64,000 nucleotides of DNA from a virus (taxonomy: Duplodnaviria > Heunggongvirae > Uroviricota > Caudoviricetes): the IMG/VR virus record IMGVR_UViG_3300022562_001204, positions 142,551 through 206,550 of that record; one strand, given 5' to 3'. Positions 26,451-35,528 of this stretch are shown here, piece after piece. Below the pieces are notes generated by a model. That model was not told the origin of the DNA. It made no database searches and was given only the letters and a program-made list of their open reading frames with translations. Within the stretch, counting starts at the first letter, position 1. Every line of letters begins with the position of its first letter. A program made the position numbers and the translations under genes.

Positions 26451-26490
26451 CTCACGTAGAGTATATCCTCCTGTATAAGGTTAGGAACGG
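26451..26490 (-). promoter_or_regulatory. Bipartite promoter-like motif
   Basis: Minus strand CCGTTCCTAA-N14-ATATACTCTACGTGAG upstream of 26398. Confidence 0.65.
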
Positions 26491-27101
26491 TCTTCTGGGG
26501 ACTTGACGGACAACACGAAGTCCCCCTGGAAGTTATTGTCCTGGTACTTGAAGCATAACCGAATGGAGCCATCCTCGGTAGTAGCGTACCAGACCGTCCC
26601 CGTATCCTCCACGAACATCTCCGCCCGTAAGCGGATCACCGTGGTCTGTTCGTCATCCTTGACCATAAGCCAGCTCCTGATTTTCTGAATCAGCCGGAAG
26701 ACCAGGGACTGTTTGGTCTTATCAGACTGTAGGCTGTACTGGTGTACACCCGTCTGAGCGACCATGTTGCCCAGGGTCTCAGATGAAGCTTTCCATTGCT
26801 TCAACATCTTTTCGTCTTTCCAACAGCCGCAAGCTACCAACTTACCCATTCCATCTCGTTCTTCCTTCCAGGATACGAGGGGTTTGGCACCGTTGGCGAA
26901 GATACATTCTAACGACCGACCCTGGTCTCCGTATGACATACGGTAGCTTCGCGGGTCGGATTCGTTCATTCCGTAAACTTTGGCAATCTCTCGTCCAGAT
27001 GCGTCGAACTTGAATTGCCAGCTCCTGGGGTCCTTTGGATTCTTCTCGAATATTTCTCCGACCCGGCGACCATGACCATCATAAATAAAAACGCTGGACA
27101 C
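26481..27101 (-). CDS. DP-x-x-P-x-S-[YFW] repeat family protein (isolated member)
   Basis: EIFEKNPKDPRSWQF and KVYGMNESDPRSYRM. Confidence 0.65.
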   Translation of the reverse strand: MSSVFIYDGHGRRVGEIFEKNPKDPRSWQFKFDASGREIAKVYGMNESDPRSYRMSYGDQGRSLECIFANGAKPLVSWKEERDGMGKLVACGCWKDEKMLKQWKASSETLGNMVAQTGVHQYSLQSDKTKQSLVFRLIQKIRSWLMVKDDEQTTVIRLRAEMFVEDTGTVWYATTEDGSIRLCFKYQDNNFQGDFVLSVKSPEDRS

Positions 27102-27138
27102 AGTGGGGTTCTCCGTTAATTAAGGGGGTGGAATCACC

Positions 27139-27570
27139 TCATATCCCCTCATCTCGGAAGATCTGAATACACTCGTCCATAGGAAATCGGGGGTCAAACG
27201 CCCCTCTTTCGTTAATTCTCTGAATATTCAGATGGATAGCTTCCTGGGTAGGTTCATAGTTACTGAACCAACCTTCGGGGATCCCGTAGCTTAAAGGGAC
27301 AACTGAATAGTAGGAGAGCTGATATCCTCGACGTAGCAATTCATCCACAATTCGGTCAAACCGATGTATCAGGTAGAGCAATCTGGGGTAGAAGAACCGG
27401 ACGTGTCCGGGTCCCAGGGTGTACTTTAGGGGGAAAACGCCCGTCTCTGGGGTCTCTCCTCGCTGGATGGCCGCTTTGACGTTACCGAAGATCCTCGGTA
27501 GCTCGCGGTATTCTGCCAGAAGGTGCTCGTTTCTGAGCGTCTCTGGGTCTACGACATTAATTCGAGTCAT
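27139..27570 (-). CDS. denV: Pyrimidine-dimer DNA glycosylase (T4 endonuclease V-like)
   Basis: MTRINVV...HLLAEYRELPRIF...YTLGPGHVRFFY. Confidence 0.93.
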   Translation of the reverse strand: MTRINVVDPETLRNEHLLAEYRELPRIFGNVKAAIQRGETPETGVFPLKYTLGPGHVRFFYPRLLYLIHRFDRIVDELLRRGYQLSYYSVVPLSYGIPEGWFSNYEPTQEAIHLNIQRINERGAFDPRFPMDECIQIFRDEGI

Positions 27571-27582
27571 GGTCGCTCCCGG

Positions 27583-27623
27583 TCTCTAGGGAGTATATCG
27601 GTCTATACGTCCTTTAATAAAGG
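27583..27623 (-). promoter_or_regulatory. Bipartite promoter-like motif
   Basis: CCTTTATTAAA-N14-ATATACTCCCTAGAGA upstream of denV. Confidence 0.55.
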
Positions 27624-27630
27624 AGTGGTT

Positions 27631-28887
27631 ATGAAGAACAGCTACTACAAGCTGGCCTTGGAGGGGATGAATAACACCCCCTCTCCGGAGAGTGAGGAGT
27701 CGGCGATCACGGTTGACGGGTACGATGACATCATGAAGGAAGCCCGTGATGCCATGGTGGAGGCTCAGTACGAGATGAAGATCGTCACTGAGGGACTGGG
27801 GTATCGGCGGGATCTCTCCAACGTTCTTTCCTTTATTAAAGGAAAGAGTGATGCTTGGAGTGTCGGGTATGCCACGGCATCATACCAGCGTATCCAGTCA
27901 GACCTGGGAATGACGACCGTCACTCTGGAGTCCATGGTCAACGAGATCCCCACTCCTTCGCTGGAGGGGTCGATCTATGACACGGTCAAGCGTATCCTCC
28001 AGAAGCTGCTGGAGTACCTGAAGAAAGCCATAGCCTATATGGCAAAAGCTGTCAAGGAGTTTGCGACAGGGCTGAAAGCCCTGGACGCCCGCTGCGGTAA
28101 GCTGATCGCGGCATTTGACAACCTCATCATCACGGGAAACTGGAAAACAGCACCGAATCCAGAAGCCGCCCCTCCCGCGGTTATCCCACCGTTCGCCAAG
28201 GTGTTGACCTATGGTGGCGACTGCGACTTCCAGTCAGTTCTTCGATACATCAAAACCCTGGAGGACATTCACGGATTCCGGGAGAGCCTCGGTAACGAGA
28301 TGATCACCCTGACGGGATCCATGACCACGGTTCTTGAATCCATGACGGAGGGGAGTTACCTGGAGTTTCTGAAGAACATCGATGAGTTCCAAATGCGACT
28401 CCCGGCGTCTGACTCGGTCAATCGTTCGATTGATAACACCGAGATTTCCCCGATCTCCAAGAGCGGTACGATTCGTATCCTCGGACTCGGTCAGTCCTCT
28501 GGAGCTTACGGATCCCCGAACTGGCTGAAGATTGAGTTTGTCAAGAGTAGCGACCTGGAACCCGCCCTCCCGGCACTTCTCACCCCTGAAGAAGGCAAGA
28601 AGGTGGTTGACCTCATCCAGAGCGAGGTCACGAAATCACGGGAGTACTACCACCAGTCTCAGACGAAGGACCTGGTGGAGGATGTCTCCAAGAAGATCAG
28701 GGAGGCTATCAGTAAGACAGCCATCACTGAGAACACGTCCGCCTGGCTCCCGTCATTCGGGGACTACGTGGTTCGGATCTTGGCCTTCTACAACAGCATC
28801 GACACCTACATGTGTCGCGAGCTCAACATCATCCTGGCCGCTACCACGGAGTACAGCGCCTACTGTCTCCAGCGATACGAAAAATAA
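27631..28887 (+). CDS. phiKZ-type inner head (internal virion) protein
   Basis: AAAGGAG SD; propeptide with ALE/TLE/SLE sites (S/A/G-x-E-type head-protease motif) followed by SLEGSIYDTVKRILQKLLEYLKK helix. Confidence 0.7.
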   Translation: MKNSYYKLALEGMNNTPSPESEESAITVDGYDDIMKEARDAMVEAQYEMKIVTEGLGYRRDLSNVLSFIKGKSDAWSVGYATASYQRIQSDLGMTTVTLESMVNEIPTPSLEGSIYDTVKRILQKLLEYLKKAIAYMAKAVKEFATGLKALDARCGKLIAAFDNLIITGNWKTAPNPEAAPPAVIPPFAKVLTYGGDCDFQSVLRYIKTLEDIHGFRESLGNEMITLTGSMTTVLESMTEGSYLEFLKNIDEFQMRLPASDSVNRSIDNTEISPISKSGTIRILGLGQSSGAYGSPNWLKIEFVKSSDLEPALPALLTPEEGKKVVDLIQSEVTKSREYYHQSQTKDLVEDVSKKIREAISKTAITENTSAWLPSFGDYVVRILAFYNSIDTYMCRELNIILAATTEYSAYCLQRYEK

Positions 28888-28898
28888 GGGCGTACCGC

Positions 28899-28939
28899 AC
28901 ACAGAGACCGGGAGTTCCCGGTCTCTGTGTATGCTGTCA
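28899..28939. terminator. Hairpin between convergent genes with a TATGCTGTCA flank
   Basis: ACACAGAGACCGGGA-gt-TCCCGGTCTCTGTGT-ATGCTGTCA. Confidence 0.75.
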
Positions 28940-29176
28940 GTCTGACGAACTGCTGGAACCATCGTCGTTCGAAGCAGGCTCACCCCAGGCAGAACCGTTG
29001 GCATCTTCAATGATCTTGACCACGCCGCCAAGGTTGGGGTCCGCCTTACGAGCCGACGCTTCTTCATTGAGATGAAGGTTGCAGCGCCAGTCTGGATCCC
29101 CACCTTTGGCACCAGCGCGGTACAGTGTGTGTCCCGTCTTGGGGCCACGGTGACACATTGAGCAGGTTACCGCCAT
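28937..29176 (-). CDS. Small Cys/His protein, possible Zn-binder
   Basis: CSMC...WRCNLH; TATATAAAGGAG leader. Confidence 0.65.
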   Translation of the reverse strand: MAVTCSMCHRGPKTGHTLYRAGAKGGDPDWRCNLHLNEEASARKADPNLGGVVKIIEDANGSAWGEPASNDDGSSSSSD

Positions 29177-29203
29177 GATACTACTCCTTTATATACAGCC
29201 AGA

Positions 29204-29662
29204 CTAGCCGGCGAAGAACGCACCGTGGTCGCCAGCAGCACCGAGTATCTCGATGACTCGATCAAGAAACCCGTGCGCATTGGCTGGGATGACGGTTTTC
29301 AATTCGTCACGGTGTTTCTGAAGAGATCCTCGAAGCAGTCGCGTGGCAGTTGGACCGTAGGGTACCTCGTAAAGCCCCATCCGTTCGACCAGGTAGAGTT
29401 CGTCTGGGTAGTGTTCCTGATACCACTCGCTCAGTAGTCTGACAAAGTAACGCATGAACACACCAGACTGGCTGGCAGTTGACTGAACTTCCTGGTACTG
29501 ATAAACAACCGTGGGATCAAGCCCAGCTTCCAAATAACAACCTACGGTATCTGCTTTTCCATCTGGGGTATAGATGAACGGGCCTTCGTCGAGGTTGTCC
29601 CAGTCACCATCCCAGGTGTACGCAGGCGTTATATTGGAGTAACCGCGTAGTACAACGGTCAT
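29204..29662 (-). CDS. Hypothetical protein, paralog A
   Basis: MTVVLRGYSNITPAYTWDGDWDNLDE; aligns with 29693..30175 over its full length. Confidence 0.8.
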   Translation of the reverse strand: MTVVLRGYSNITPAYTWDGDWDNLDEGPFIYTPDGKADTVGCYLEAGLDPTVVYQYQEVQSTASQSGVFMRYFVRLLSEWYQEHYPDELYLVERMGLYEVPYGPTATRLLRGSLQKHRDELKTVIPANAHGFLDRVIEILGAAGDHGAFFAG

Positions 29663-29692
29663 GTAACCGACTCCTTTATATATGTCGGTAGG

Positions 29693-30175
29693 TTACCCCA
29701 CCACGAGAGCGCCGTTATCTCCGGCTACCACGAGGACCTCGATGAGTCCATCGAGAAACCCCGAGCTGGTAGACGTACTGACCTCCGGGAGGCTGGTGAG
29801 GAGCACGTCGAGTAGCTCGTCACGGTGGTTCTGAAGGCTTGTCCGAAGAAGACGGACTGCTTCAGGCCCGTAGGGAACCTGCTGATCACCGAGGGAGGTG
29901 ATCAGCCAGAGCTCTTCTGGGGAGTGAACGCGGTACCACTCCGCCAGAGACCCAACCCTACGTTGCGTGAGTGCACTCGACCAGTCACCGGTCGAGTGCA
30001 TCTCCTGGTAGCGGTAGACGAGTTCGGGGTCCAGACCAGCCGAGGGATGTGTTTCTGTTGTATAACCCCGCCCATTCGGGCAGTGCAGATGGGTATCCTC
30101 GTCAAGAGAGTCCCAGTCGCCGTCCCACGGATGGGCGGGTGTCAAATTGGAGTGACCATAGAAGACCACGGACAT
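29693..30175 (-). CDS. Hypothetical protein, paralog B
   Basis: MSVVFYGHSNLTPAHPWDGDWDSLDE. Confidence 0.8.
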   Translation of the reverse strand: MSVVFYGHSNLTPAHPWDGDWDSLDEDTHLHCPNGRGYTTETHPSAGLDPELVYRYQEMHSTGDWSSALTQRRVGSLAEWYRVHSPEELWLITSLGDQQVPYGPEAVRLLRTSLQNHRDELLDVLLTSLPEVSTSTSSGFLDGLIEVLVVAGDNGALVVG

Positions 30176-30187
30176 GATACGTTTCCT

Positions 30188-30565
30188 TTATATTTTCTTG
30201 AGGAGATGCTCTGGGAGACTGTGGGGGTGGTTATGGTGGACCGCACCAATCAGGTCAGCCAGATGGAGGATGTCGTTGAAGGATTGTGTTTGGGTGGAGA
30301 TACCTTTCTCACCCATTTCGTACGCCACTCTGAGTTCAGCACTCAGTTTGGTGTCATTGTCCAGCAGACCCAGGACAAGTTCATGGAAGACCTCTGAGGG
30401 AAGGTTCCTGGCAGATTCGACCTTGGAAAGGTCGACCACTGGGATACCCAAGCGGCCTGCGTACTCACTGAGCGTCATTTTCTGCTCAATGCGATACGCC
30501 CGAATCAACTGCCCATAGACACTTGTCTTTCGTTCAAACGTCCGACTGTTCAAAAAAAGGGTCAT
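30188..30565 (-). CDS. XRE-family HTH protein
   Basis: GQLIRAYRIEQKMTLSEYAGRLGIPVVDLSKVE; start moved to ATG 30565. Confidence 0.75.
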   Translation of the reverse strand: MTLFLNSRTFERKTSVYGQLIRAYRIEQKMTLSEYAGRLGIPVVDLSKVESARNLPSEVFHELVLGLLDNDTKLSAELRVAYEMGEKGISTQTQSFNDILHLADLIGAVHHNHPHSLPEHLLKKI

Positions 30566-30956
30566 TATGCGCTCCAGAGTAGAACTCGTGCAGGGTATCA
30601 TCCTCTTCCTTGAGGATGACGACGTGGTGGCCAAGCGTTCGACACTCGTACAGCCGACGGTACGTCCTGATGGCCTCCAGGATGAACTTCTTGTCTGAGT
30701 ACGACAAGTCGGTGTCCCGTCGATCCTTGGACAGCTCAGCAATCAGCCGATCGAAGTTGCCCATACACCCCATGTCCATAGTGACCGTCACTGGAGACAG
30801 GTCGGTCAATGGTTCGTTAGCGGCTTCGTGCTCGATGGGGAGATAAAACGACCCATTCCCCGCAGGGAGGAGGACGGGCTTCTTTGGGGCAGGAGGACCT
30901 TGGTGTTCGGTCGGTTTAACCTTGTTCAGCAGTGCCTTCAGTAGATCGATGAACAT
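30534..30956 (-). CDS. Hypothetical protein
   Basis: Tiled ORF. Confidence 0.6.
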   Translation of the reverse strand: MFIDLLKALLNKVKPTEHQGPPAPKKPVLLPAGNGSFYLPIEHEAANEPLTDLSPVTVTMDMGCMGNFDRLIAELSKDRRDTDLSYSDKKFILEAIRTYRRLYECRTLGHHVVILKEEDDTLHEFYSGAHNDPFFEQSDV

Positions 30957-31296
30957 GGGGTTCCAGTGTCGGTTCGCTGGGGTGTCGGCCGTACATACGG
31001 TGCGACCTACCGTTCTCGGTGACCAGCATCAGGAGATACCCATCCGTCTGGAGCTTTTCGAAGGCTTGTTGTGGTTGACAGTGGGGACAGGTGTACAGAT
31101 AGGAGAGGTACCGCTCAAGGATCCTGGCGACGATCGGAAGATGGCCGAATTCATTGAGGTCGATGATCAACCGTTCACGAACAGCTTCGAAGGAGGTCTT
31201 CTGGTCCACGTAGTGTGGGGAGGTCAAGACGCGCCAGGCTGATTTCAGACGTGACCAGAAGCTGGGTTTGATGCTCACTTCTCCGAACGTCTGCAT
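30916..31296 (-). CDS. Hypothetical protein
   Basis: Start ATG 31296 directly follows the upstream stop. Confidence 0.6.
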   Translation of the reverse strand: MQTFGEVSIKPSFWSRLKSAWRVLTSPHYVDQKTSFEAVRERLIIDLNEFGHLPIVARILERYLSYLYTCPHCQPQQAFEKLQTDGYLLMLVTENGRSHRMYGRHPSEPTLEPHVHRSTEGTAEQG

Positions 31297-31297
31297 G

Positions 31298-31699
31298 TCA
31301 CACCACCTCGCTTTCTTGTGGGGTAGCTGAACTGTGAGGAACAAAACGCCCGTCACTGCCTCTCAATCGGTTTCGTTTCTTTGTCCGTTTCGTCCTTCTT
31401 CGAGCCAGGCCGTTCTTGGCGCCCTTAATGTGGTTCGTTGTCTTGAGGAAAACCGTACTGAAGAAATACGGATTGTCAAGATCGATTTCGAATCGATAAT
31501 GGCAAGCTGCCGCGTAGGCCACGACGTGCGCAAGCGTCAGAGGTCGCCTTGCGTTGGTCTCCATTCGACAAACCGTAGCGTTGTCCACACCCATTCTTTT
31601 TGCAACCTCTTTTTGGGTAAGACCCACGCGGGTCCTGATCCGAAGGAGTTCCTCGCGAATTCGACTTTCAAGAGTGGGAATGTGGATGTTACTTATCAT
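31298..31699 (-). CDS. XRE-family HTH protein with a basic tail
   Basis: LRIRTRVGLTQKEVAKRMGVDNATVCRME. Confidence 0.85.
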   Translation of the reverse strand: MISNIHIPTLESRIREELLRIRTRVGLTQKEVAKRMGVDNATVCRMETNARRPLTLAHVVAYAAACHYRFEIDLDNPYFFSTVFLKTTNHIKGAKNGLARRRTKRTKKRNRLRGSDGRFVPHSSATPQESEVV

Positions 31700-32069
31700 C
31701 AGTAGTCACTCCTTCTTTGTCACCAAAGCTTGCCTTGAGGATGTATCCTAACGTATAACCGTAACGAATCATGTCGTTGACCGTCACGATTTGACTGCCG
31801 TGTTCCAACATCAGTACCTTTCGACGACTCATACCCGTCTTACGGGCGATCTCGTTGACGGTGAGCATGGATTCCTTTCTGGCTGCCACCAACTGACTGA
31901 TGATTTCCTCGGAGGTCCCGACGAGTCGGTCATCGAGTCGGTCAGGATTTGGTTTGAAAACGTTCCAGACTGCCTCGACCACCACCTCCTGAGGGATCCC
32001 ATCTTCCTTCAACTCAGTCAGGATCTTCTCCACCCGGGCCAGTTTGCGCTTGTATGTACGTGGGTCCAT
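31689..32069 (-). CDS. XRE-family HTH protein
   Basis: LVAARKESMLTVNEIARKTGMSRRKVLMLEHG. Confidence 0.8.
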   Translation of the reverse strand: MDPRTYKRKLARVEKILTELKEDGIPQEVVVEAVWNVFKPNPDRLDDRLVGTSEEIISQLVAARKESMLTVNEIARKTGMSRRKVLMLEHGSQIVTVNDMIRYGYTLGYILKASFGDKEGVTTDDK

Positions 32070-32094
32070 GATGCTCTCTCAGTCAAAATAGTAG

Positions 32095-32134
32095 TGACTC
32101 CCTGGCTTTTTTAGCCAGGGAGTCATCTATGTCA
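32095..32134. terminator. Hairpin after the RNAP gene
   Basis: TGACTCCCTGGCT-ttttt-AGCCAGGGAGTCA-TCTATGTCA. Confidence 0.7.
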
Positions 32135-33559
32135 GTCTTCTTCTTCAGCCAGCCACATCCCGGTCGTTGCAATGAACGGCTTGGGTAACTGGATGTTCTT
32201 GGTGATACCGAACGGTTTCTTCATGTCCCAAATGTTGAACTTAGGGGCCAGGGCATACCAGCGATCCGCCATCTTCTTGTCCAGGCAGAGAGAGATGACC
32301 ATCTGGTCACCATCAAAGTCTGCATTGGGGGCGGTTGTGACCAAGATCGGGGTACCGAAGGTCTTGTCCGTCGGGTCGGTCTTGATATACGGGATGAACA
32401 TCTGCTGAATGGATCCCTGGAGTAGGGACGGAAACCGGATGAAGATGATCGGGTATCGACCTCCGGGTGCTTCGCTGATGATCTCCTTCAGATACTTGTC
32501 GATCAGCGGATGGAAGTGATGTACGTGGCCCATCAGCAGGCCGATGGCTGAATTCAGCTCCAAGCCGGACTTCGTCATCAGCTTGTTGATCAGCATCGGC
32601 CTGAAGATCACCACACCTACGCCCCAGGGTACCAGCAGCTCATCGTACCGATGAGCGTCAGTGACCGAGGAGATGACCGCTCGGGCCGAGTAGTCCACCT
32701 TGGCGCCACCCACATTTCGACGCAACATGCCGGGTTTCCCGGAGATGTGCTTCTTGAAGTGGTTGTAGTAGAACCCGCAGGACAGCACATACATGGCCCT
32801 GGCCGTACGGTTCTGCTTGACCTGGCTACTCTGGTCATAGAAGTCCCGGTCGATCGACACCAGCATTTCGATTGCTTCAATGGCCAGCGGTACCGTTGCC
32901 AAGTCGACAAACACACCCACTGGGGTCTTCTCGACCACCAGCAGTGACTTGTTAACCAGGGGGATGTTGTCCGAGAACAGGATGTCCTTGTTATCCTCCA
33001 GGAACTTGAGGAGGTAATTGGTCTGGTTTCTGGTCTTCCTGAACTCATTCAGTCCGAAGAGGACCGACATGATGTCCCAGAAGTTATGAACGAAGTTGTT
33101 ATAACCCCGTCCTACCCCTGCCGCGATGATCTTGGCCAGCACCGGGGGTTTCTTGATCTGGGGGGAGTACGAGGTATCCGTCAGCCACTGCAGGATGCTG
33201 AACCCGCTCTTCTTGAACTCGTTCTCCAGCATGATCCAGACAATCGGAGAGAGGATCTTCTCCACCCCCTCCGGCTTTCTGAACCAGATAATCGGCTCAA
33301 TGGAGTTCTCGATGGTCGAGACCACCGGGGTATCGCATCGATCACAGATGACGTTTCGTGTGAACTCACCTTTGGTAGCGCCGCATCGACACGACGGTAA
33401 CAGGGAGACCATATCCCCGGAATACCGCGTGTAGACCAGCCGTTTGATGTGGTCTCTGTCCTCCGTAGTGCTGTTCGGAAGATCGTTGATGATGATCGGT
33501 GGCTGTGGCAGGTTCTGATAGAGCTTATCCAGATCCACCAACTGCTGAATGATAGGCAC
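32132..33559 (-). CDS. Phage multisubunit RNA polymerase beta-prime N-terminal subunit (non-virion RNAP, phiKZ gp55-like)
   Basis: Zn-binding CRCG...CDRC; RFPSLLQGS; catalytic NADFDGD; next to chmA as in phiKZ gp54-gp55. Confidence 0.92.
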   Translation of the reverse strand: MPIIQQLVDLDKLYQNLPQPPIIINDLPNSTTEDRDHIKRLVYTRYSGDMVSLLPSCRCGATKGEFTRNVICDRCDTPVVSTIENSIEPIIWFRKPEGVEKILSPIVWIMLENEFKKSGFSILQWLTDTSYSPQIKKPPVLAKIIAAGVGRGYNNFVHNFWDIMSVLFGLNEFRKTRNQTNYLLKFLEDNKDILFSDNIPLVNKSLLVVEKTPVGVFVDLATVPLAIEAIEMLVSIDRDFYDQSSQVKQNRTARAMYVLSCGFYYNHFKKHISGKPGMLRRNVGGAKVDYSARAVISSVTDAHRYDELLVPWGVGVVIFRPMLINKLMTKSGLELNSAIGLLMGHVHHFHPLIDKYLKEIISEAPGGRYPIIFIRFPSLLQGSIQQMFIPYIKTDPTDKTFGTPILVTTAPNADFDGDQMVISLCLDKKMADRWYALAPKFNIWDMKKPFGITKNIQLPKPFIATTGMWLAEEED

Positions 33560-33584
33560 CGAGTGAAACCCTCACGTTCTGAGA

Positions 33585-33619
33585 CAAAGAAAAAGAGCCT
33601 CCCCCTAGACGGGGGAGGC
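33585..33619 (-). terminator. Intrinsic terminator between chmA and the RNAP gene
   Basis: GCCTCCCCC-gtcta-GGGGGAGGC-TCTTTTTCTTTGTC on the minus strand. Confidence 0.75.
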
Positions 33620-33662
33620 AGGCAGTTCAGCGCACGGTTGAATACACGCCGAAAGGTTTGAC

Positions 33663-35528
33663 TCAGTAGCGGAAGCTGGTGTAGCCCATGTTGGAGTAGC
33701 CGGCCGGGTTGTAGCCATTGCGGGTATAGAAGGACGCCGACGGATCGATCATACCGTCCATGGCGTAGTTCGCCGTCGGGCGACTGGCCATGTAGTCCTG
33801 ACCCGAGGCCGGGGTGTGGACCGTGACCGGCAGACCGGCGTCGCGGATCGAAGTCACCAGCGCGTTCATCAGTGCCGAGTGGAACATGTGACGGGTGCTG
33901 CGGCCGGTGAAGACGGCCGTATTGTTCGACATGACGTTGATCATGTTCATACGAGTGGCCAGACGAATTTCCTGAGGCCGGTCGACGGCCAGGAAGGTAT
34001 CGGTCCAGTCGCGGATCATGGTCGGGTTCTTCGTACCGACGATGTTGGCCACGGCGGTGTAGTCGAACTCGCGGATGTCACGACGACGGCCCTGGTCATC
34101 TTCCCAATAGCCGTTCAGAATGGTTTCTGACATCGACGTGAAGATCGGGGAGTTTCGCGCGAACAGCTCACCGAAGCGACCATTGGTCAGGTTGTTGCAG
34201 GCCGTGATGAACATGTTGTACGCTTCTTCGTTACGAGAAGCGACGGCGCTCATGAAGGAGAGGTAGGTCATGGACGGGCCATATTCCGGCACGTCGATGG
34301 CGATGGTGGCGTAGGGGTGGAACAGCGCGCTCAGGAACATGTTGAACTGCTGAGGACCAAAGTTGGCGCTCTTGGTGTCCATCGGCTTGCCGAACTGGTT
34401 CGGCGAGGTCACGTCGGACGAGGCCATCGGGAGGTTGCCTTCGATGTTGAGGGCGCCGATGTCAGTCATGTCCAGTTCGTTCGGGCTGGTGTTACGCACC
34501 TTGAATGCCTGAACCCAGGTGTTGTACTGCATCAGCGACGTGGCCGTGGCCACACCGAGAACCACCGCTTCCGGTGTCTGCGGGTGGGTGTTCATGTCGG
34601 TGATAACGAAGCGCGGCATGAACCGGCGCAGTGCGTCCGTGCTGCGATGCTGCGGAACGAAGCCCTGGATCGGGGCAGCGTCCTGGCTCGGAGCCCAGAG
34701 CACATCCATGAAGCCGGTCAGGTCGACGATACGACGTTCGCTGGAACCGCTGTTGAATTCGCGGTTCTGATCGGCCGTGGCGCCCAGGCGGTTGGTGGTG
34801 GTGATGACGACGTCCGAGCGGATCGGCAGGCCGGTGATGTCTTCCAGGCTGTTGCGCTGAATGGCCACGTTGACGGCCACAGCGCCTTCACGACCCATCA
34901 GAGCCAGATTGATCGGCTGGGTGTTCGGCTTCAGGCGGGCCAGTTCGGAATAGGCAGCGGTGGCCGCATGGGCAGCAACCCGCAGAATGTTGGCCTTGTC
35001 ATTGACGTTGAAAGTCCGCGGAACCACGAGACCATCGACGTAGCGAACCTTCTGGGTGCCGGATTCCTTGCGCACCTGCGTCAGGACTTCATTGATCATG
35101 ATCCGGTTGACCGCGTCGCAGGGGAAGTACTGCACGCTGACGGTCTGACCGTTGATGTTCTGCTGCCGCGGCTCGATCTTGTTGCCGGTGGCTTCGAGCA
35201 GGAGGAGATAGGCGGACACGCCCAGCTCAGGGTGCTGACGCAGCTTGGCGGTGACGATCAGGCAGGAGAAGTCCAGCGACTTGATGATGTCGCGGTTCAT
35301 CTCGACCACCGAGATGGTCATTTCCTGGGCGGCTGTCGGCGACACGGCGGCGAAGGTTTCTTTCAGACCTTCCAACATCTTCGTGTAGACTTCATTGCCC
35401 GGCGTGCTGGAGATCGGCAGATTGCCGAAGTCGAACGAGTCCCAGGTCATGCGGGAGGTGCGGCCGGAATCGCTGCTCGGGCGCTGACCGTTGTCGAAGC
35501 TGCCGGAGGTGCTGTCATTGACTGCCAT
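33663..35528 (-). CDS. chmA: Chimallin, the phage nucleus shell protein
   Basis: Blocks match 201phi2-1 gp105 as I recall it: GLPIRSDVVITT, DIGALN...MDTKSANF, GYWEDDQGRRRDIREFD, FTGRSTR...AGLPVT; aromatic C-terminus; 621 aa; directly upstream of the nvRNAP subunit. Confidence 0.92.
   Translation of the reverse strand: MAVNDSTSGSFDNGQRPSSDSGRTSRMTWDSFDFGNLPISSTPGNEVYTKMLEGLKETFAAVSPTAAQEMTISVVEMNRDIIKSLDFSCLIVTAKLRQHPELGVSAYLLLLEATGNKIEPRQQNINGQTVSVQYFPCDAVNRIMINEVLTQVRKESGTQKVRYVDGLVVPRTFNVNDKANILRVAAHAATAAYSELARLKPNTQPINLALMGREGAVAVNVAIQRNSLEDITGLPIRSDVVITTTNRLGATADQNREFNSGSSERRIVDLTGFMDVLWAPSQDAAPIQGFVPQHRSTDALRRFMPRFVITDMNTHPQTPEAVVLGVATATSLMQYNTWVQAFKVRNTSPNELDMTDIGALNIEGNLPMASSDVTSPNQFGKPMDTKSANFGPQQFNMFLSALFHPYATIAIDVPEYGPSMTYLSFMSAVASRNEEAYNMFITACNNLTNGRFGELFARNSPIFTSMSETILNGYWEDDQGRRRDIREFDYTAVANIVGTKNPTMIRDWTDTFLAVDRPQEIRLATRMNMINVMSNNTAVFTGRSTRHMFHSALMNALVTSIRDAGLPVTVHTPASGQDYMASRPTANYAMDGMIDPSASFYTRNGYNPAGYSNMGYTSFRY

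Noticed and set aside
30566-30742. N-terminal extension of the HTH ORF
   Set aside because: Overlaps 30534..30956 in another frame and has S/T/R-rich non-coding composition.
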